A program made the position numbers and the translations under genes. DNA of 64,000 nt. Source: Azolla caroliniana. Lineage: Eukaryota > Plantae > Polypodiophyta. How positions within the stretch are numbered: the first letter of the stretch is position 1; the number at the start of each line of letters is the position of its first letter. Shown piece by piece: positions 36,101 to 60,100 of the stretch. The DNA is taken from contig JBHGNT010000016.1 in the NCBI GenBank assembly GCA_043228905.1, positions 14,446,001 to 14,510,000 of the forward strand, read 5' to 3'. The notes below the pieces were generated by a model, which made no database searches, was not told where the DNA came from, and worked only from the letters and a program-made list of their open reading frames with translations.

Positions 36101-37090
36101 GGTGGTACTAGAACACTAGTTAATATCATTCATAGGAAATTCTAGGTATTTAGTTAGATATGACTTTTGGGTATTTGGTTAGTGTTTTGTTTCATTCCAT
36201 TGATTTCTTTGATATGAAAATATTGATGTCCTAACCACTAGACAAAATGGACTTGGGCTTTGAAACCCTAATGAAAAAAATGCTTGAATCAACTCCACTC
36301 CTAGCCAAATGCTTATGACAAGATGTTAAAGCACTCTGTGATATGTTTTACCTCCTCTTGATCCTTGGACCTTTAGATTTTAACCATTTCATTACCTCCT
36401 CTTGACACTACCTCCTTCAAATTAAATGCTTTCATACTATCTATAAGATGCATAGTCTTCACAAAACAAATTTTCAATTGTCATGGTTAAATTGTTGAGG
36501 AGGGATCAATGTGTTTGGTTTAGCATATGCGTGTCCTTGATGTTGAAGGAAACCATGGATATTTGCTTGTATTGGGTATTATAAGATCTAAATTATTGCT
36601 TGTTGGTTTTCGGCAAGTGTCGAGTATTATGTAAGGATATTAACCGTTTAGTTGTTATTGATTCTTGGATGCAATTGAAAAATAATCCCAAGACAAACCA
36701 TCATTTTGTTCTCATTGAAATAATGAGGAATTTTTAATTTGCTCGAATGCAAGATATAAAAAATTTGCTTATTATTTGGATGCTATTGAAAAGGAATTCC
36801 ATCTACATCATCACACCATTTTCTTCTCATTAAATGAGATCATTTTTAATGATTTTTTAAATACATTGCTATATGTGTCCATTAAATTTACTAATATTGG
36901 TGTGTAGATTGTGGAAGAAGAGATGCAACACGTGCGTCAAGAGGTTGGTGCGGCAAAGTTCAACCAAGGTCGATACAAGGAAGCGGCATATATGTTTGCC
37001 AAGCAATGCACTACTATGGAGCTCGATGATTTCCTCACTTTGGATGCATACAAACGTATTGTAGAATACGTTCCATCGTCACGTCTCTAG
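33174..37090 (+). CDS. MLS: Malate synthase, glyoxysomal (about 563 aa, C-terminal PTS1 SRL)
   Basis: Exons 33174-33563, 34277-34599, 34947-35277, 35488-35952, 36908-37090, all GT-AG and phase-consistent. Motifs [64 protein letters not shown]; ends PSSRL*. Confidence 0.96.
33570..33845. repeat. Intronic minisatellite, ~53-bp unit x5
   Basis: Repeats of tttcttttcttaatccatattgagtattaatactctgagagatcacattggtg. Confidence 0.9.
34000..34230. repeat. Intronic minisatellite, ~56-bp unit x4
   Basis: Repeats of gatgctaaaaaatgaagatttgcatgcatatgtgtgatgattaatggga. Confidence 0.85.
34643..34876. repeat. Intronic tandem repeat, ~75-bp unit x3
   Basis: Repeats of tgatttatatatgaagcttcatatggtaatgctgcattggttcc...gaatattagatggg. 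Confidence 0.85.
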
Positions 37091-38637
37091 GCAGACACAA
37101 AATAAAATCGTATATGTAGTTGGACCCCCATGAATGCATGTGTTCATGTAGGGTTGAAATTCCCAAATTTCTAGTGTTTTCACTAGTGCGTTTCCTTTGT
37201 GTGCGTTTCCTTTGGAGGCTAGGGATTTGAGTTTTTTGTTAGTGCTTATTATTCTCATAGTTTGATAAAGTTTGTTTTATCCATTATAATCTTGATAAAT
37301 AAAACAAACCCCATGTTTTGGATGGTCAAATTTGTTGCTTTCTCTATCATGTACTTTCTTTGTTTAGTGAATGAACACAAAAGCAGTGGTCAATGGTCAA
37401 ATTTGTTACTTTCTCTCTTTAGTGAATTAACACAAGAGCAATGAAGATAGTGTTTATCCCTCTAAATTTTGGGTGTAGCTAGCATTTTATCTGAGATTAT
37501 ATAATTTAACTGTTGAATCACGTGGAAGGTAAGAAGATGGCAATTCGATTTCAGTCTTTGAAGAGTTGAAAGCCCTTCCATTGATCTAGAGATAAGTCTT
37601 ACCTTCCCAAGAAGCATAACCAAACCAGGTGGTAAGATGACACCATCGTCACAAGGGTAGTCATAAATTACTACAACCATAACCTTCTCATCATTAGCTA
37701 ACCCATTAGCACAACCAAAGTAGGTGGTAAGACGACCCCGACATCACAAGGGTAGTTATAACACCACCCTCGTAACTTTGTTATTAGTTAACTCATTAGC
37801 ACAATCGAACTAGGTGATACTCATAAAACCACTCTTGTTAACTTTGATATCGGCAAGCCCATCATGCAATGACTTTTGGTAGACAATAAGGAATTGACGT
37901 AGTGTGCCTTATATTTGACAATTAAGACCAAAATATATTGTTGTTGATGGATTTAATTATCAATGAATTTGTATCCGAAGTGTGATTAATTTCGGATGTA
38001 CGATATCTCTTTTATCACCTCTATAGTACATTGTGCAGTCATAAACCCCTATATGTACATGGTCTTATGCATTTCTAAGGTTAGACAAATCATATCCATA
38101 ATTCTGTAACTCCAATGTTGAGTGTCTACATTGTGTTAGTGCCTTCTAACTCATTGATTTTAATTTAAGGTCACAAGGAAAATATATGTCATCAAGTGAA
38201 ATTCTTATTTTGACTACAGACTTAATGTGCATCCATGATGGCGTTTCTTTTTACAATTGCATCTTTGGTTTCCATGAGAACCGTAGATAATTCAAAAATC
38301 TATAGAAGATCAATTTATTGTATGTAATATATACTCTTTTATTACTAGATCATGTGTGACGATCACACCATTTGTAAGTCTGCGTTGTTGTGGCTGAAAC
38401 GGTGGAGGACTCGGAAGAAAAAAACGATTGTGTAACAATCAACACATACATAGAAATAGAGTTGGATAGGTGCAAGATTGTCAGGCTAATTGGCGGCAGT
38501 GCCATTCAAGCAAGCGGCTTCTTCCTAATTGGCCGAAGAAAACATTGATGGGACACTGATTGATGGATAGGGTCGTGCTCCGGCCAAAAGAATATGTTGG
38601 TTGTTGGTCTAGTGGTGCCACACTCTCTCTTCTTTAC

Positions 38638-38908
38638 TACATACATACATACATACATTATGACATACATTATGACATACATACATACATACATACATAC
38701 ATTATCACATACATATATACATACATACATTATCACATACATATATACATACATACATTATCACATACATACATACATACATACATTATCACATACATAT
38801 ATACATACATACATTATCACATACATACATACATTATTACATACATACATACATTATTACATACATGCATACATACATACATACATACATACATACATAC
38901 ATACATAC
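38638..38908. repeat. Compound (ATAC)n microsatellite upstream of the glutaredoxin gene
   Basis: About 270 bp of atac/attatcac units. Confidence 0.95.
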
Positions 38909-39111
38909 TCTACTACTACTACTCTTTAAAAATAACTGTTTGTCAGTGTGAAGAGAAGAAACACAAAGCTTATAGAGAAAAGAGAAGAGAAGAGAAGAAT
39001 TACATACAGAAGAAGAGATAATAAAGAAGAGAAGAGAAACAGTCTACAGAAGAGAAGAGACAAGAGCGATCTTCTCTTCTTCTTCTGCTGGACCTGGCCC
39101 CTTCCCAAACA

Positions 39112-41487
39112 ATGGCTATGGCTATGGCTATGCCCACGCAGATTCCTCTGCTTCTGTTGCTTCTCTGCTCCATGTCTGCGCTTTCTTTTGCCGCGGCCTC
39201 TGAAACTTCCGAAGCTTTCGTGAAGAGAGTCATCCAAGAGAACACGATCGTCGTCTTCTCCAAATCGTACTGCCCGTACGTCCTCCCTTTCACTTCCTCT
39301 CTCTCTCTCTGTTCATTTGTCCGATCGAAAGCACACAAAAATGGCATGCATCACGCATTCTCTGCTCATTTGCCCAGATTTAGGACTTAAGCGTAATCTG
39401 GTCCCATTTCAAGATGTATACAAATGCCTCCATCGTTTGCTCTGATTGTAAAATTCAAAGCATTGCAATAAACAAATGTTTGCATCATTTTAATTTTTTT
39501 GTTTCTTTGATCAGCTCTGAACCCTTAGTCTTGACCAAATTTTATTGCAATATACGAACATCTCCATCATTCTATGCTCCTCCGTAGTGCCTTATAAATT
39601 TATTTGATTGCTATAACATACCTATCAGTTTCCGTTTCTTTGCTCAGATTTGAACACTAGATTTGATCTTTCTGCTAACCTTATTCCAGTTCAACACACT
39701 TCTATGACGCCTATCATTTTTTCTGTTCCTTTGTTCAGATGTGAATCTTAGAATTAAATACTATGAGTATTTCAATACGATAAGATCTCCGTTATTCTCT
39801 GGTTCTTCGATCACAACTCACACCCAGCTGATTCCATTTGAAGGCACTAACATGCCTGTCATTTTCTGTTCTTTTACTCAAACTTGCAGTAGGCTTGTCC
39901 AATCATTTTCTGCCATTTTACTGAGATTGAAAACATAGACTACGATCTCTCGCCCATTTTCTGTTTTGTTGCTCAGCCGTGAAGCTTGGACTTGGATAAT
40001 TTCTCTTCTACGCACTGAGATCCTCACCATCCTTAAATCCTCTCCCTCAGAGTTGAACCTTAGACTTGGTAGCTCCATTTAAGACACCAACGTTCCTATG
40101 ATTTCTGCGTCTGTGCACGAATTTAATCCTTACACTTCACTAATTCTACTTTAATACTCTAAATTCTTTGCCATTTTCTTCAAATTTGTATTTTTTATGT
40201 GGGTATTTCGATTTCAACGATATCTGTCATTTTCTATTTTTTTCTCTGGTTTGAGATCTAAATTGGTTGGTCAGATCAGATAAATAATACCTATCTTGGC
40301 TGCATACTGGTCAACTTTCTTGGATCATCTGTTATTTTAGCAATGGATCTGAGGTTTTATCACTCATTAACGTTCTTCATTTTTTGTAATTGTTTTAGGT
40401 ATTGTAAACGAGCCAAGGCTGTGTTTAATGAGTTGAAAGAGAAGCCATTTGTTATCGAGCTTGATGAAAGAGGTACTCTTTCTTGCTTTCTGAGATTTTC
40501 AAATGTGATGAAATGATGGAAAAACAGACAAGAGCTCTCAAAACTAGGTGGAAAATGTCACTATACATGTAGAAAGCATTTCTCAGAACAATGTTGAACA
40601 TGATCTGAACTACTGTGGAATAATGTTCCACACAAAGAAAAAGTTCCAAAAACAATTAATTTTGAGTGTGAACTTCAGTATTATGTTCATTCAGCTTCCC
40701 TTTTTATGACATTTCCACTTGCTATAATATAACTAAGTGCTTCTATGATATGAGAGAGCTAATTTGATAGCATAACCTTGACATTTACAACATGGCACAT
40801 CTTTACTACCTAGAGATGCTGAGTGATAGAGAGACAATGAATTGTGAATAATTCATTGTAGATGTATTCTGGTTTACTTGAATCAATCTTGTTGAAAGGA
40901 TACCCTGCAATATAAATTTTGCACTAATGATTGAATGCAAGAAGGAATCATGCTATTATGGTGGAAGAATTTTTTATTCTTTTTAAAACATGAATGGAAC
41001 AAGCTATAAAATAAGTTGGAGTCTGGAAGTTTAATATACCATCAATTTGGAGCTATATACATGTATACATTCTACAGACACCGCCCCCCTCCGCTACCCC
41101 CCTTCCATATGTACTGTTTCAATCATTGATTCTGATTATGTAATAATGTTTTTGCTATCCGTTACAATGTTTTGAGCTGTCTGAGAATTATTTCTTTCTG
41201 CTTACGAAATGAACAGATGATGGGTCTGCTATTCAGAGAGCAGTGAGTGATCTGGTGGGCAGACGCACTGTGCCGCAGGTCTTTATTCATGGCAAACATC
41301 TTGGTGGTTCTGATGGTAAAATTTCTGTTCACAACTTGTTTATGTCATCATTTTGTGTTTACAATAGTAACCCATGAACTTTACCCTTATATATATATAT
41401 ATATATATATGGTTTTCAGATACAGTCGAAGCTTATCAGAGTGGGAAGCTAGTTGAACTTATTGGCAATAATGATTCTGAGCTATAA
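39112..41487 (+). CDS. Class I CPYC glutaredoxin with N-terminal signal peptide (GRXC3/C4-like), about 134 aa
   Basis: Exons 39112-39275, 40399-40472, 41217-41315, 41420-41487. FSKSYCPYC is split by intron 1; TVPQVFI and GGSDD are present; hydrophobic leader [17 protein letters not shown]; ends NNDSEL*. Confidence 0.93.
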
Positions 41488-44025
41488 TTGCATCAATGAA
41501 GCCATTGCCATGCCCAAATATCTTTGAATGCTTTGAATTGTTTTAAACAATTGCTGTGAAGGTGATTGTATTGAAGTGCCTTCAACAAATGATGGCAACT
41601 AACATTCAATTTCTAAGCTAGTTTGTGAAAAATGGAATATTCTGCACATCCCAGTCACATTCATTGAAATCAATTTTGGAAGTTCATATTGCTTTCAGCA
41701 AGAAATGTTTTATCTGCACATTTGCTTTTCATATGGTTTTGTTTTCTCCACCATTAAGAAACAAAGTCACAGAAATGCAAAGACAATATGAATGTTCGAG
41801 TAAGGTGCAAATGTCACAATGCAGTTAAGTTGTGTCGAATGTAGTGTAACTCGAAGAATTTCAAGAACAATCATTAATCATGCAATGCCAATAATACCAA
41901 ACACCATGTTGAGCACAAAGGAAAGCATTGCAAATCCCCCAATTATGGCATTAATCCTGGTAGTGAAGGAATGAAGCCTAAGCCAAGCTGGGTACGTTGG
42001 GACATTCTCCACAACTATTCAATCTAGAAGCATACATACATTGGAGAGTTGCCCTAAGATTAGAGAACACTCTGGTGAACTAATAACAAACATTGGAAAT
42101 TAGCAAACATTGAATAGAGGTAGAAAGGTAGAACTGGGTACATTGATAATTCTTGGTTCAAACCTTAGATTGTTCCCAACAATGGCTCTTATTTGGTTGT
42201 GGCCAGGGTGTCTTGTCTTCTGCTAGGTGTTTTGTCACGACTCACATCTCCTGGCTGTAGGTTCATCAACACTCTCCAAGGTAATACTTTCAGGTACACT
42301 ATTTGGTCATTTGCCTCTCATGTACACTATTTGGTTGTTTTGGTGGGTTGTGAGTTGTGTATTGCGGGCTGATGGCCATGAGTACTTCCGATGGGTGTGA
42401 GTGTCTTATCTTTTAATGTCTATTATGAGCCTTCAAAATATCAAATTGCTAATGACCATATGCTATTGCACCAGATTTTAATAGCCATCATGATCATGAA
42501 TTATATCTATTTAACAAATATTGGAATGCTCATACACTATGAATCGAGCCCACAAACATACCCTTGTGGTTTGTTCTCACATGCATTTTAAAACGGATGA
42601 TAAGAGTTAGAGTACGAAAACATGATGCTTGTGTCATAATTTATAGGATCATTTTATATTTACATAATCAATTGGGGTGCACTATGATTTAATTGCAAGT
42701 ACTGCTGGGATTGAATAGTAAAGTCAAATAATACCACTTACCAAGTACCAAGATAATGATGAAAGGGTCAGAGAATGGGAGAGCAATGCTTTGTCATAAT
42801 TTATTAGATCAGTTTATATTTACATAGTAAAATGGGGTGCTTTGTAATTTTATTCAAGTATTATTGTAGGGGGATCTAGGAGTAAAATCAAATCATACGC
42901 CACTAACCAAGGTATGAAGATAGAGTGCTCTGATGGTGATCCAAAGAGACATTGGATAGCCAAGGGGTTGACACTACCCTATTGTATGCACTATGGTCGC
43001 TCATTATATAGGGATGAGTCATGACTACCACTCCTTGCCTAGACTATAATTGTGTTCAGCTTCTTCAAGATAGAGAATAAAAAAACACTTTTCCTCCATT
43101 GCAAGTCATAATGCAACGGTTAAAATCCCCCTTGGAAGAGAGATGTATATCATTATATACAAATGCATCTACATGTGGTGAGCTACATGTATATAGGTAA
43201 GGCATATTTCCTTCAGTATGATGTAGGATGCATGAATAGTGATGAATTTACATTATAAACATGTGTCACATGCGAAAAATATTTAATGCTAATTGAATGG
43301 GAGGAATTTCGGTTTTTGCTCGTCTTCAGAAGCCTTGATATGCAAAGGGCTATGAAGCTATCTCTTGCAATATGCCATGGCATATTCCAGATAATTTAGT
43401 TTTTATAGAAACAAAAGAATTACATCATTGAGAGATATATTGAAATGAAAAAGTTAGTTCTTTCAACCCACCAGATAGAACTAGCATCCTAGCGTATGAA
43501 TGGGCTGAACAACCACTTTTATCTTTTATTATCTTGGAGATGATAACAAAGGTCACATTTATCTGTAGCCACTTGATGTAACAAAGCTGTTGCCCTGGAC
43601 AATCTAACACTAGGAGACACCGTTCTCAAAAGCCTGACAACATCAGCACTTTGATCTCAGTAATTGTGGATGTATCAAAATAAGCAGTCTGAACCCTGAC
43701 CTTTAGTGTGGATTGTCTGGTTTTCTGCATCCTCTTGTTCCCAATCCGAATGATGCGAAACATTATAGAACTAAACCAATACAAGAAATACAAATATTAT
43801 ACATAGATTTTAATTATTTTAGCAGCATCCACCATCCACCAGACAGGATTACATCATTGATGATGTATATAAAAGCATGGAAAGTTGAGGCCATTTCCAG
43901 CAAAGTCTAAATAGCATTTGTCTCCATATAAGCACTAGAAAATACTTAAGGACTTGAAATAGAACATTATTGGTAGCTGCCACCATTATTTTAATATCTT
44001 TTTATATAGCCACCTGCTGTGCAAA

Positions 44026-53628
<9,603 letters not shown>

Positions 53629-53990
53629 GGGCGATCAGAGAGAGCTCTGGTCGTCTCCTCTGTTTTCTTCTTCGTTTGCTTCTGAAGACTGAGACACAGT
53701 AAAGACACTCACACCCCAGAAAAAGGAAAAGGAAAAAACTCACACATTCATTCATTCATTCAAGTTTTCGACCACAGTATGAACCATACGTACCATACGT
53801 GCATTCGCATTCGCGGATGGTAAACACCCTCGAAGTATGGTAAATACCTTGTTTATTATTAGGTAAAAAAATGAAAGTTAAGGTAAAAAGTGTAAAAAAA
53901 ACTCATAAGAATGTTTTGATAACACACGCATTCGTTTGAATTCGTATGAAAAAGAATGTTTGCCAATGCATTCGATAAATTACGAATCTA

Positions 53991-54645
53991 ATAGATTGAC
54001 ACATGCGTGATATTCGTGATATTCTCCATGCGCAATATTCTCAATATTCGACAACACGAAATGGCCCCAAGAATATTAAAAAACCATTCGTTTTGCAAAA
54101 TAAATATAAACATTTTATTTATTTATTTCAATAAATTTATTTCACCAAAAAAAGAACAATTACTCATTAATAGATTATAGTGTCAAAAGAGAGTTTATGA
54201 AACTTATTTTAATTAATCAATTAATTAATTAATTGTTAAAAAACGAATATTTTTATATTTATTATACAAATATAATTAGCATGAACTTTGAAGATATAAT
54301 TAGTTTGAAGTACTATTTTTAATGTCAAAATAAAAACATCTATAAATTTTGAGGGAATAAAAAGTGAGAAATTAATGAGCCTTTATTTTTTTTGTTTTAT
54401 TTATTAAAAATAAAACGAATACTTATAACTTATAAGTTATACATTTATTATAAAAAATTAGTAATGTCAAATCCCCCTATTTTATAATCCCTATTTATTG
54501 TCAAGTTCCTTTTTTTTTATCCTAGGAAATTAAGAAAGACAGTTTTTTTTTTTTTGAGTTAAACGAATACTTGACCACCCATTCGTATTCGTATTCGTTT
54601 GCATTCGAATGGGAAACCTGACGAATGCGAATATGTCAATCTATG
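53991..54645. mobile_element. Putative MITE (hAT-like) upstream of the fusion gene
   Basis: Inverted termini atagattgacacat / atatgtcaatctat, AT-rich core and many ATTCG/CGAAT subterminal motifs. TSD unclear. Confidence 0.45.
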
Positions 54646-54654
54646 ATTACGATG

Positions 54655-54862
54655 AAGAGGAGAGGCTCATTATGTACTTACTGCCTTGACTTAACTCGAT
54701 AGAAGAGAGGCTCATTATTTATTGCCTTGACTTGATTCGATAGAAGAGAGGCTCATTATTTACTGCCTTGACTTTACTCGACATAAGAGAGGCTCATTAC
54801 TTACTGCCTTGACTTGACTTAATAGAAGAGAGGTTCATTACTTACTGCCTTGACTTGACTTA
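54655..54862. repeat. Tandem repeat, ~41-bp unit x5
   Basis: Repeats of agagaggctcattatttactgccttgacttgactcgataga. Confidence 0.9.
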
Positions 54863-55014
54863 CACTCATGCCAAGCTAACTTCTCTTCCATGGTGAGAGA
54901 AGAGGCTCCTTCTTTCCTATCTTCCTCCACCAAGCTAAAACCATATTCGTTTAAGGTGTTGTAATATTAATAAGGCATAAGTAAACCCATTGTCGCACAT
55001 GACAGCACCAACTC

Positions 55015-55059
<45 letters not shown>

Positions 55060-55101
55060 ATGACTACTCACAAGGCACTTGCACTTGCACTACACCACTT
55101 G

Positions 55102-55575
55102 TTTTTCACCACCATCCCCTCATGCCTATCGTAGTGATTTATTGGTAGAATTGCCTATCAATCAAGGAGCCTAACCTCCCCATCATATAAAGTACATTGT
55201 GCTTAGCCACATAGTTATACATATTTCGTCATTAAAAAGTATGTTTCACCTTTCTCAACACTATTTATATATATCAATATATCCTTTGTCAACCCATTAG
55301 ATTCAACGAGAAAAGAAGGGGAGCAACATCAGATTCTCAACTCATACATTTTCACCACCACCCCCTCATGCCTACTGTAGTAACATTCATTGGTAGATTG
55401 GCTTTTCAGTCAAGGAATCTAACCTCCCCATCATATAAAGTACATCATGCTTGACCAAGTAGTTATACGTATTCAGCTATTAAAAAAATATGCTTCACCT
55501 TTCTCAACACTATTTATATATCAATATATCATTTGTCAACTCTTTAGTTTCAAAGAGAAAAAACAGGGGAGTGAC
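55102..55575. repeat. Diverged direct duplication of about 245 bp
   Basis: ttttcaccacca...aacctccccatcatataaa...tttctcaacactatttatatatca occurs twice. Confidence 0.8.
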
Positions 55576-55919
55576 ATGCAATATGCGTGTGTCACACACA
55601 AGTATGTGTGTATCCATATGCCTCTAATATTAGGAACACATATTTATAAAAAATTTATTTGTATGTGAAGTCAATCGCAAGCACTACATTTAGACAAAGA
55701 TTAGATAATAAATGTATTCTCTCTCTTTCCCTCATTCCAAAGAAACCAGGGAGAAAAAAGTACTTAAGATCTAAAGGTAGAAAGAAGATCCACAAATAGA
55801 AAATTTCCTTTAATTAATAAGAGCCCATTGTCATGGAGTTAGGCGCGTGTATGTGAAATGTGAGTTTAACCACTGAGAACTTGAACTAGAGAAGATGGGA
55901 TTTGCTCGAGTTGATCACT

Positions 55920-56152
55920 TTGGGACCCTCGTAGTTGTCAATTGTAATGGCTCTTAGCTTCCTTCAAATGTCCTTTATAGACTTTCATAATGTATTGATG
56001 TGTGTGTTTTCTTCTATGTACAAGTGAACACGTTGGGACCCTCGTAGTTGTCAATTGTTATGGCTTTTAGCTTCCTTAAAATGTCCTTTATAGACTTTCA
56101 TAATGTATTGATGTGTGTGTGTGTGTTTTCTTCTATGTACAAGTGAACACGT
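55920..56152. repeat. Direct duplication of about 113 bp
   Basis: ttgggaccctcgtagttgtcaattgt...atgtacaagtgaacacgt occurs twice. Confidence 0.9.
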
Positions 56153-56689
56153 ACTATGTATTTGTGTATATGTATATCAATATCTGGAAGTGGGCATATT
56201 GTTGTATGTGTGTGCATGTATATACATGTGGGGGGTTGCTCTTCCATCAACACCCTGCCTATTTGTTTCCTATGCAAGAGATGTAGTAACATCAGCTAGT
56301 TGCACTTGTGATTTCTACCGGTGGGGCTGATTTTGTAACTTTTTATAGTGATGTTTAATGTGCCCATGGTTGTTACCATAAAAACACTTTGGATGTCCTT
56401 GTGTATCTCACTATGGGAGTGACCTTATGGATGGTATTTGCATATTTTGTACATTGATATCCATGGGGACAACCTTTATGTTATAGTTTGATGTTGTGTT
56501 TGCGGTTGTGCAATTTGAAGGTGCTTCTATTCTTTGTGCAATTTGGATCGTTGAATGGAATGTGGTAGGTCCTTAGTCATGGACCCATCAAGAGATGTTG
56601 TGTCGTAGGCATGACCACAAAAAGAATAACTTTATTTCTTTAGACATTGCAAGATCAACACATAATAGGAGTTGGTTCATCCCCAACAT

Positions 56690-57150
56690 CTATAAAAGAA
56701 TACGTGTGGAAGCTTAACAGACACAACCAGGTAACAACAGACAAAAGACAAGAGACAAGAAGTTTTGATGGAAAGCTTAATCAACACAAAGTATGCGGGA
56801 GAGACAGAGAGAGCAGAACACAGAAAACTCTATTCCAAAACAATACTCTAAAACTCTGAACATAGGATGTGCTTAGAGAGCACTTTTATACAAGTCCATA
56901 CGGACTGATAGAAGTACTAACTCGTACTTCAATGCTCATCAATGAGCCCCTACACTAACTCCCAAAATATATTCCTTAGCGGAATATCTATCCAACAGCC
57001 TCCCGGTTTACGCATCGCTATGGCCTCTCGTTGCACACCTGGTTTACACACCCAGTCTACGCACTGGTTTACGCATCACTATGGCCTCTTGTTCCGCACC
57101 CGGTTTACACACCCAGTCTACACACTGGTTTACGCATTGGTTTACGAACC
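56690..57150 (-). mobile_element. LTR remnant related to the Ale-like copia LTR, inverted
   Basis: The reverse complement contains gagcattgaagtac...tcagtccgtatggacttgtataaaagtg and a cttcc.cacg.tattctttt end, as in LTR 6058-6501. It carries ~62-bp internal repeats. Confidence 0.7.
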
Positions 57151-57163
57151 CAATGTTGAGCTT

Positions 57164-60100
57164 TGTTGAGTGGCAAGCTCAACTGGAGCCGGATCGGCTG
57201 AATAAGCCTGAGCCGGCAAGCGAGACGGATTGATAAGCTGTGAGCAACCGAGCTGGCAAGCAACAAAGCCGGTGAGCTGGGGAGCCGGTTAGCCGGATCC
57301 AATCAGTAACCGGAAGCCTAGTATTAGTGTAGACTACTAGGCAATAATAGTCTCGTAGTAAGTGTCAGATGCTCGTGTGAGCATTGAAGTACGCGGTACT
57401 TCTGTCAGTCCCACGAGGACTTGTATAAATAATGCTACTAAGCATAGTTGTATATACAGAGTGTTTTATTGTTTTTGAATATAGCCTTGACGTTCTGCTC
57501 TCTCTCTGTCTCTCCCATGTACTCTGTGTATTCCCTACCTTCTCTATTTTCTAACGCTTCCGCAAGTAATCGTTCACATGGTATAAGAGCACGAGGGTTG
57601 AGAACCTCTGCAGCCGACAAACGCTTGAAAGAAAACCCTAACAGGTCGTTAAATAGCAGACAGAGAAGTGATGGATAGAGGGATGGCTAGCTCGCTCCCT
57701 GTGGAGAAACTCGACAGATCCAACTATGCATCTTGGTCGTATAAGATGCACCAGTACTTGCTTGGGCATGGCTACTAGAGTTTCGTCGAAGGAGCCAACA
57801 AAACAACACCTGATGCGGCACATAAGGACTTCCCAGTGTGGGAACAATCGACAAGTAGAGTGATGTACTGCTTCGTGTCCAGTGTCGGAGACCAGCTACT
57901 GAGCCACATCCGAGATGCCAAGATGCCGAAGGAGGCTTGGGGGAACCTGAAGAAGGTTTTCACCGCGAGCACTATAGCCTGGAAGCTGCAACTCCGACAG
58001 GAGTTGAGCAATGTCCGACAGAAGGACATGTTGGTGGTGGATTACACGGCCCGGATCAAAGAGATATGTGACTCACTTGCCTCTATCAACGTTACCGTAG
58101 AGGAAGACAAGATGGTATAGGTCTGTCTTGGGGGCCTGGCATCTAAGTTCAGGGCGTTTCGAACAACGGTGTGTACAAGGGAGAATACGCCGTCATTTTT
58201 CGACTTACAGTCGATGCTCCTTGTAGAGGAGAACCACGTCGGTGCGTCAACTAGCACACCCACTGACAGCCGGATGCTGTACACGGAGGCGGATCAGTCT
58301 CGTGGGCGTGGTGGATGAGGCAGGTCGGCACGCAATGGAGGCGGCCGACAAGACCAGGAACAAAGGCACAGAGAACGTGCTGACAATAGTTCCGGATCCT
58401 CTAGGAGCAAGGGGAGTCATGGCGGCACCGGAAGACGGCAAGAGAAGACTGCAACGGAATGCTGATACTCTGGCAAAAAGGGCCATAGAGAGAGCGAGTG
58501 CTGGAGAAAACGAGCCGATTCGAACAAATCTGGATCCGGCAAGGCCGGCAAGGATGGCTGGCAAAGCTCGCACTACGCGAAGGGATCGGGAGGATCCAAG
58601 AACGGTAATGGGCCAGCCTTGGTGATGAAGCATGAGGCGAACTCAATGAAGAAGACCACTTCCAAATCAGAGGAAGTGTGGTATGTTGATTCTGGTGCGT
58701 CGAACCACATGACGAGCCACAAAGAGTGGTTCTCCTTTTTGGAAAAACTGGATAAACCAGGAGTAGTCGAAACCGGAGACGACACTCCTCACCCAATCGT
58801 GCACGTCGGAGAAGTTCCTTTGAGCCACGTCGGATAGAAAGGGAAGCTAATGAACGTATTACACGTTCCGACAATCACGAAGAACCTGGTGTCGGTCGGA
58901 TAGATCGTTGACCAGGGGATGCATGTGCGGTTTACGCACCTCGGGTGCTTCATCGAGGAAGAGGGCCAGATTATTGCGCAAGGGCGCAGAGACAGGAGGA
59001 TGTTTATCCTCGACACCAATGACGTCGGCACCGCTCTATTTGCAAAAGGATAGAAGGTCGAATCGAACATCGACTTGTGGCACAAGCGGATAGGCCACAT
59101 CAATTACCGGAGGCTTCAAGACCTGCAAACGAAACAAGTTGTTTTCGGTTTGCCAAAGTTTAGCGGTCGAAAGGCCCAAGTATGTGAAGCCTGCCAACTC
59201 GGGAAGCAACACCGGCTTCCATTCCCCACCGAACGTAACCGGAGCCGTAACAAGCTCGACCTTATCCATTCGGATGTGTGGGAACCGGCACATAATGTTA
59301 GTCTTGGCGGGAGTCGATATTTCGTCTCCTTCATCGACGACTATACGCGGCACACATGGATCTACCTCGTTGAGTGGAAGAGTGAAGTCTTCGAGTGTTT
59401 CCGGAGTCTCCAATGCATGGTGGAATGAGAATCGGAGAGGAAGATCAAATGCCTGTGGTCGGATGGCGGAAAAGAGTACTTTTTCGGCCAATTCAACAGT
59501 TATCTGCAGCAAAAGGGAATTCAGCGAGAGTTCAGCTGCAGATACACACCGCAACAGAACGGTGTTGCCAAAAGGAAGAATCGGTCGCTCATTGATGCGG
59601 CAAGGGCAATGCTAGAGGAGAAGAGCATGCCCAAACTCTACTGGGCGGAGGTAGTCCAAACGGCTGTCTACATCTAGAACCGGATCGGTGACAAGGTGTC
59701 AGCTCACGGGCTGTATTTCGGGCGCAAGCTGAATTTGAGACACCTTAAGATCTTTAGTAGCATTGCATATGTGCATGTACCGGATGAGAAGCGGAGGAAG
59801 CTGGATGCAAAATCGCAAAAATGCATCCTAATCGGCTATGCTCAAGAGCAAAAGGGTTATAAGTGTTATAACCCCCGGACAAAGCAGGTCCGAGTTAGTC
59901 GAGATGTCGAGTTCGATGAATCGGCATCGTGGTACTCCTTACCGGCTCCGACTTCCGATTCCGACCCGGTGCCGGTTGTTGAGGCTAGTGAGCCTGAACC
60001 GGCCCAGGTAGAGGATGATGAAGCGTGGATTCAAGATGAGAGTCCGGAATCATTCCGGTAGAGCGGGCCGAACGACAGACTGAGTCAATCTGACTAGTCT

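Noticed and set aside
38560-39021. Tyr/Ile/His/Thr-rich ORFs
   Set aside because: Translation of the (ATAC)n microsatellite.
41950-42400. Possible LINE fragment (WVRWDIL-like peptide)
   Set aside because: Too degenerate to support without a search.
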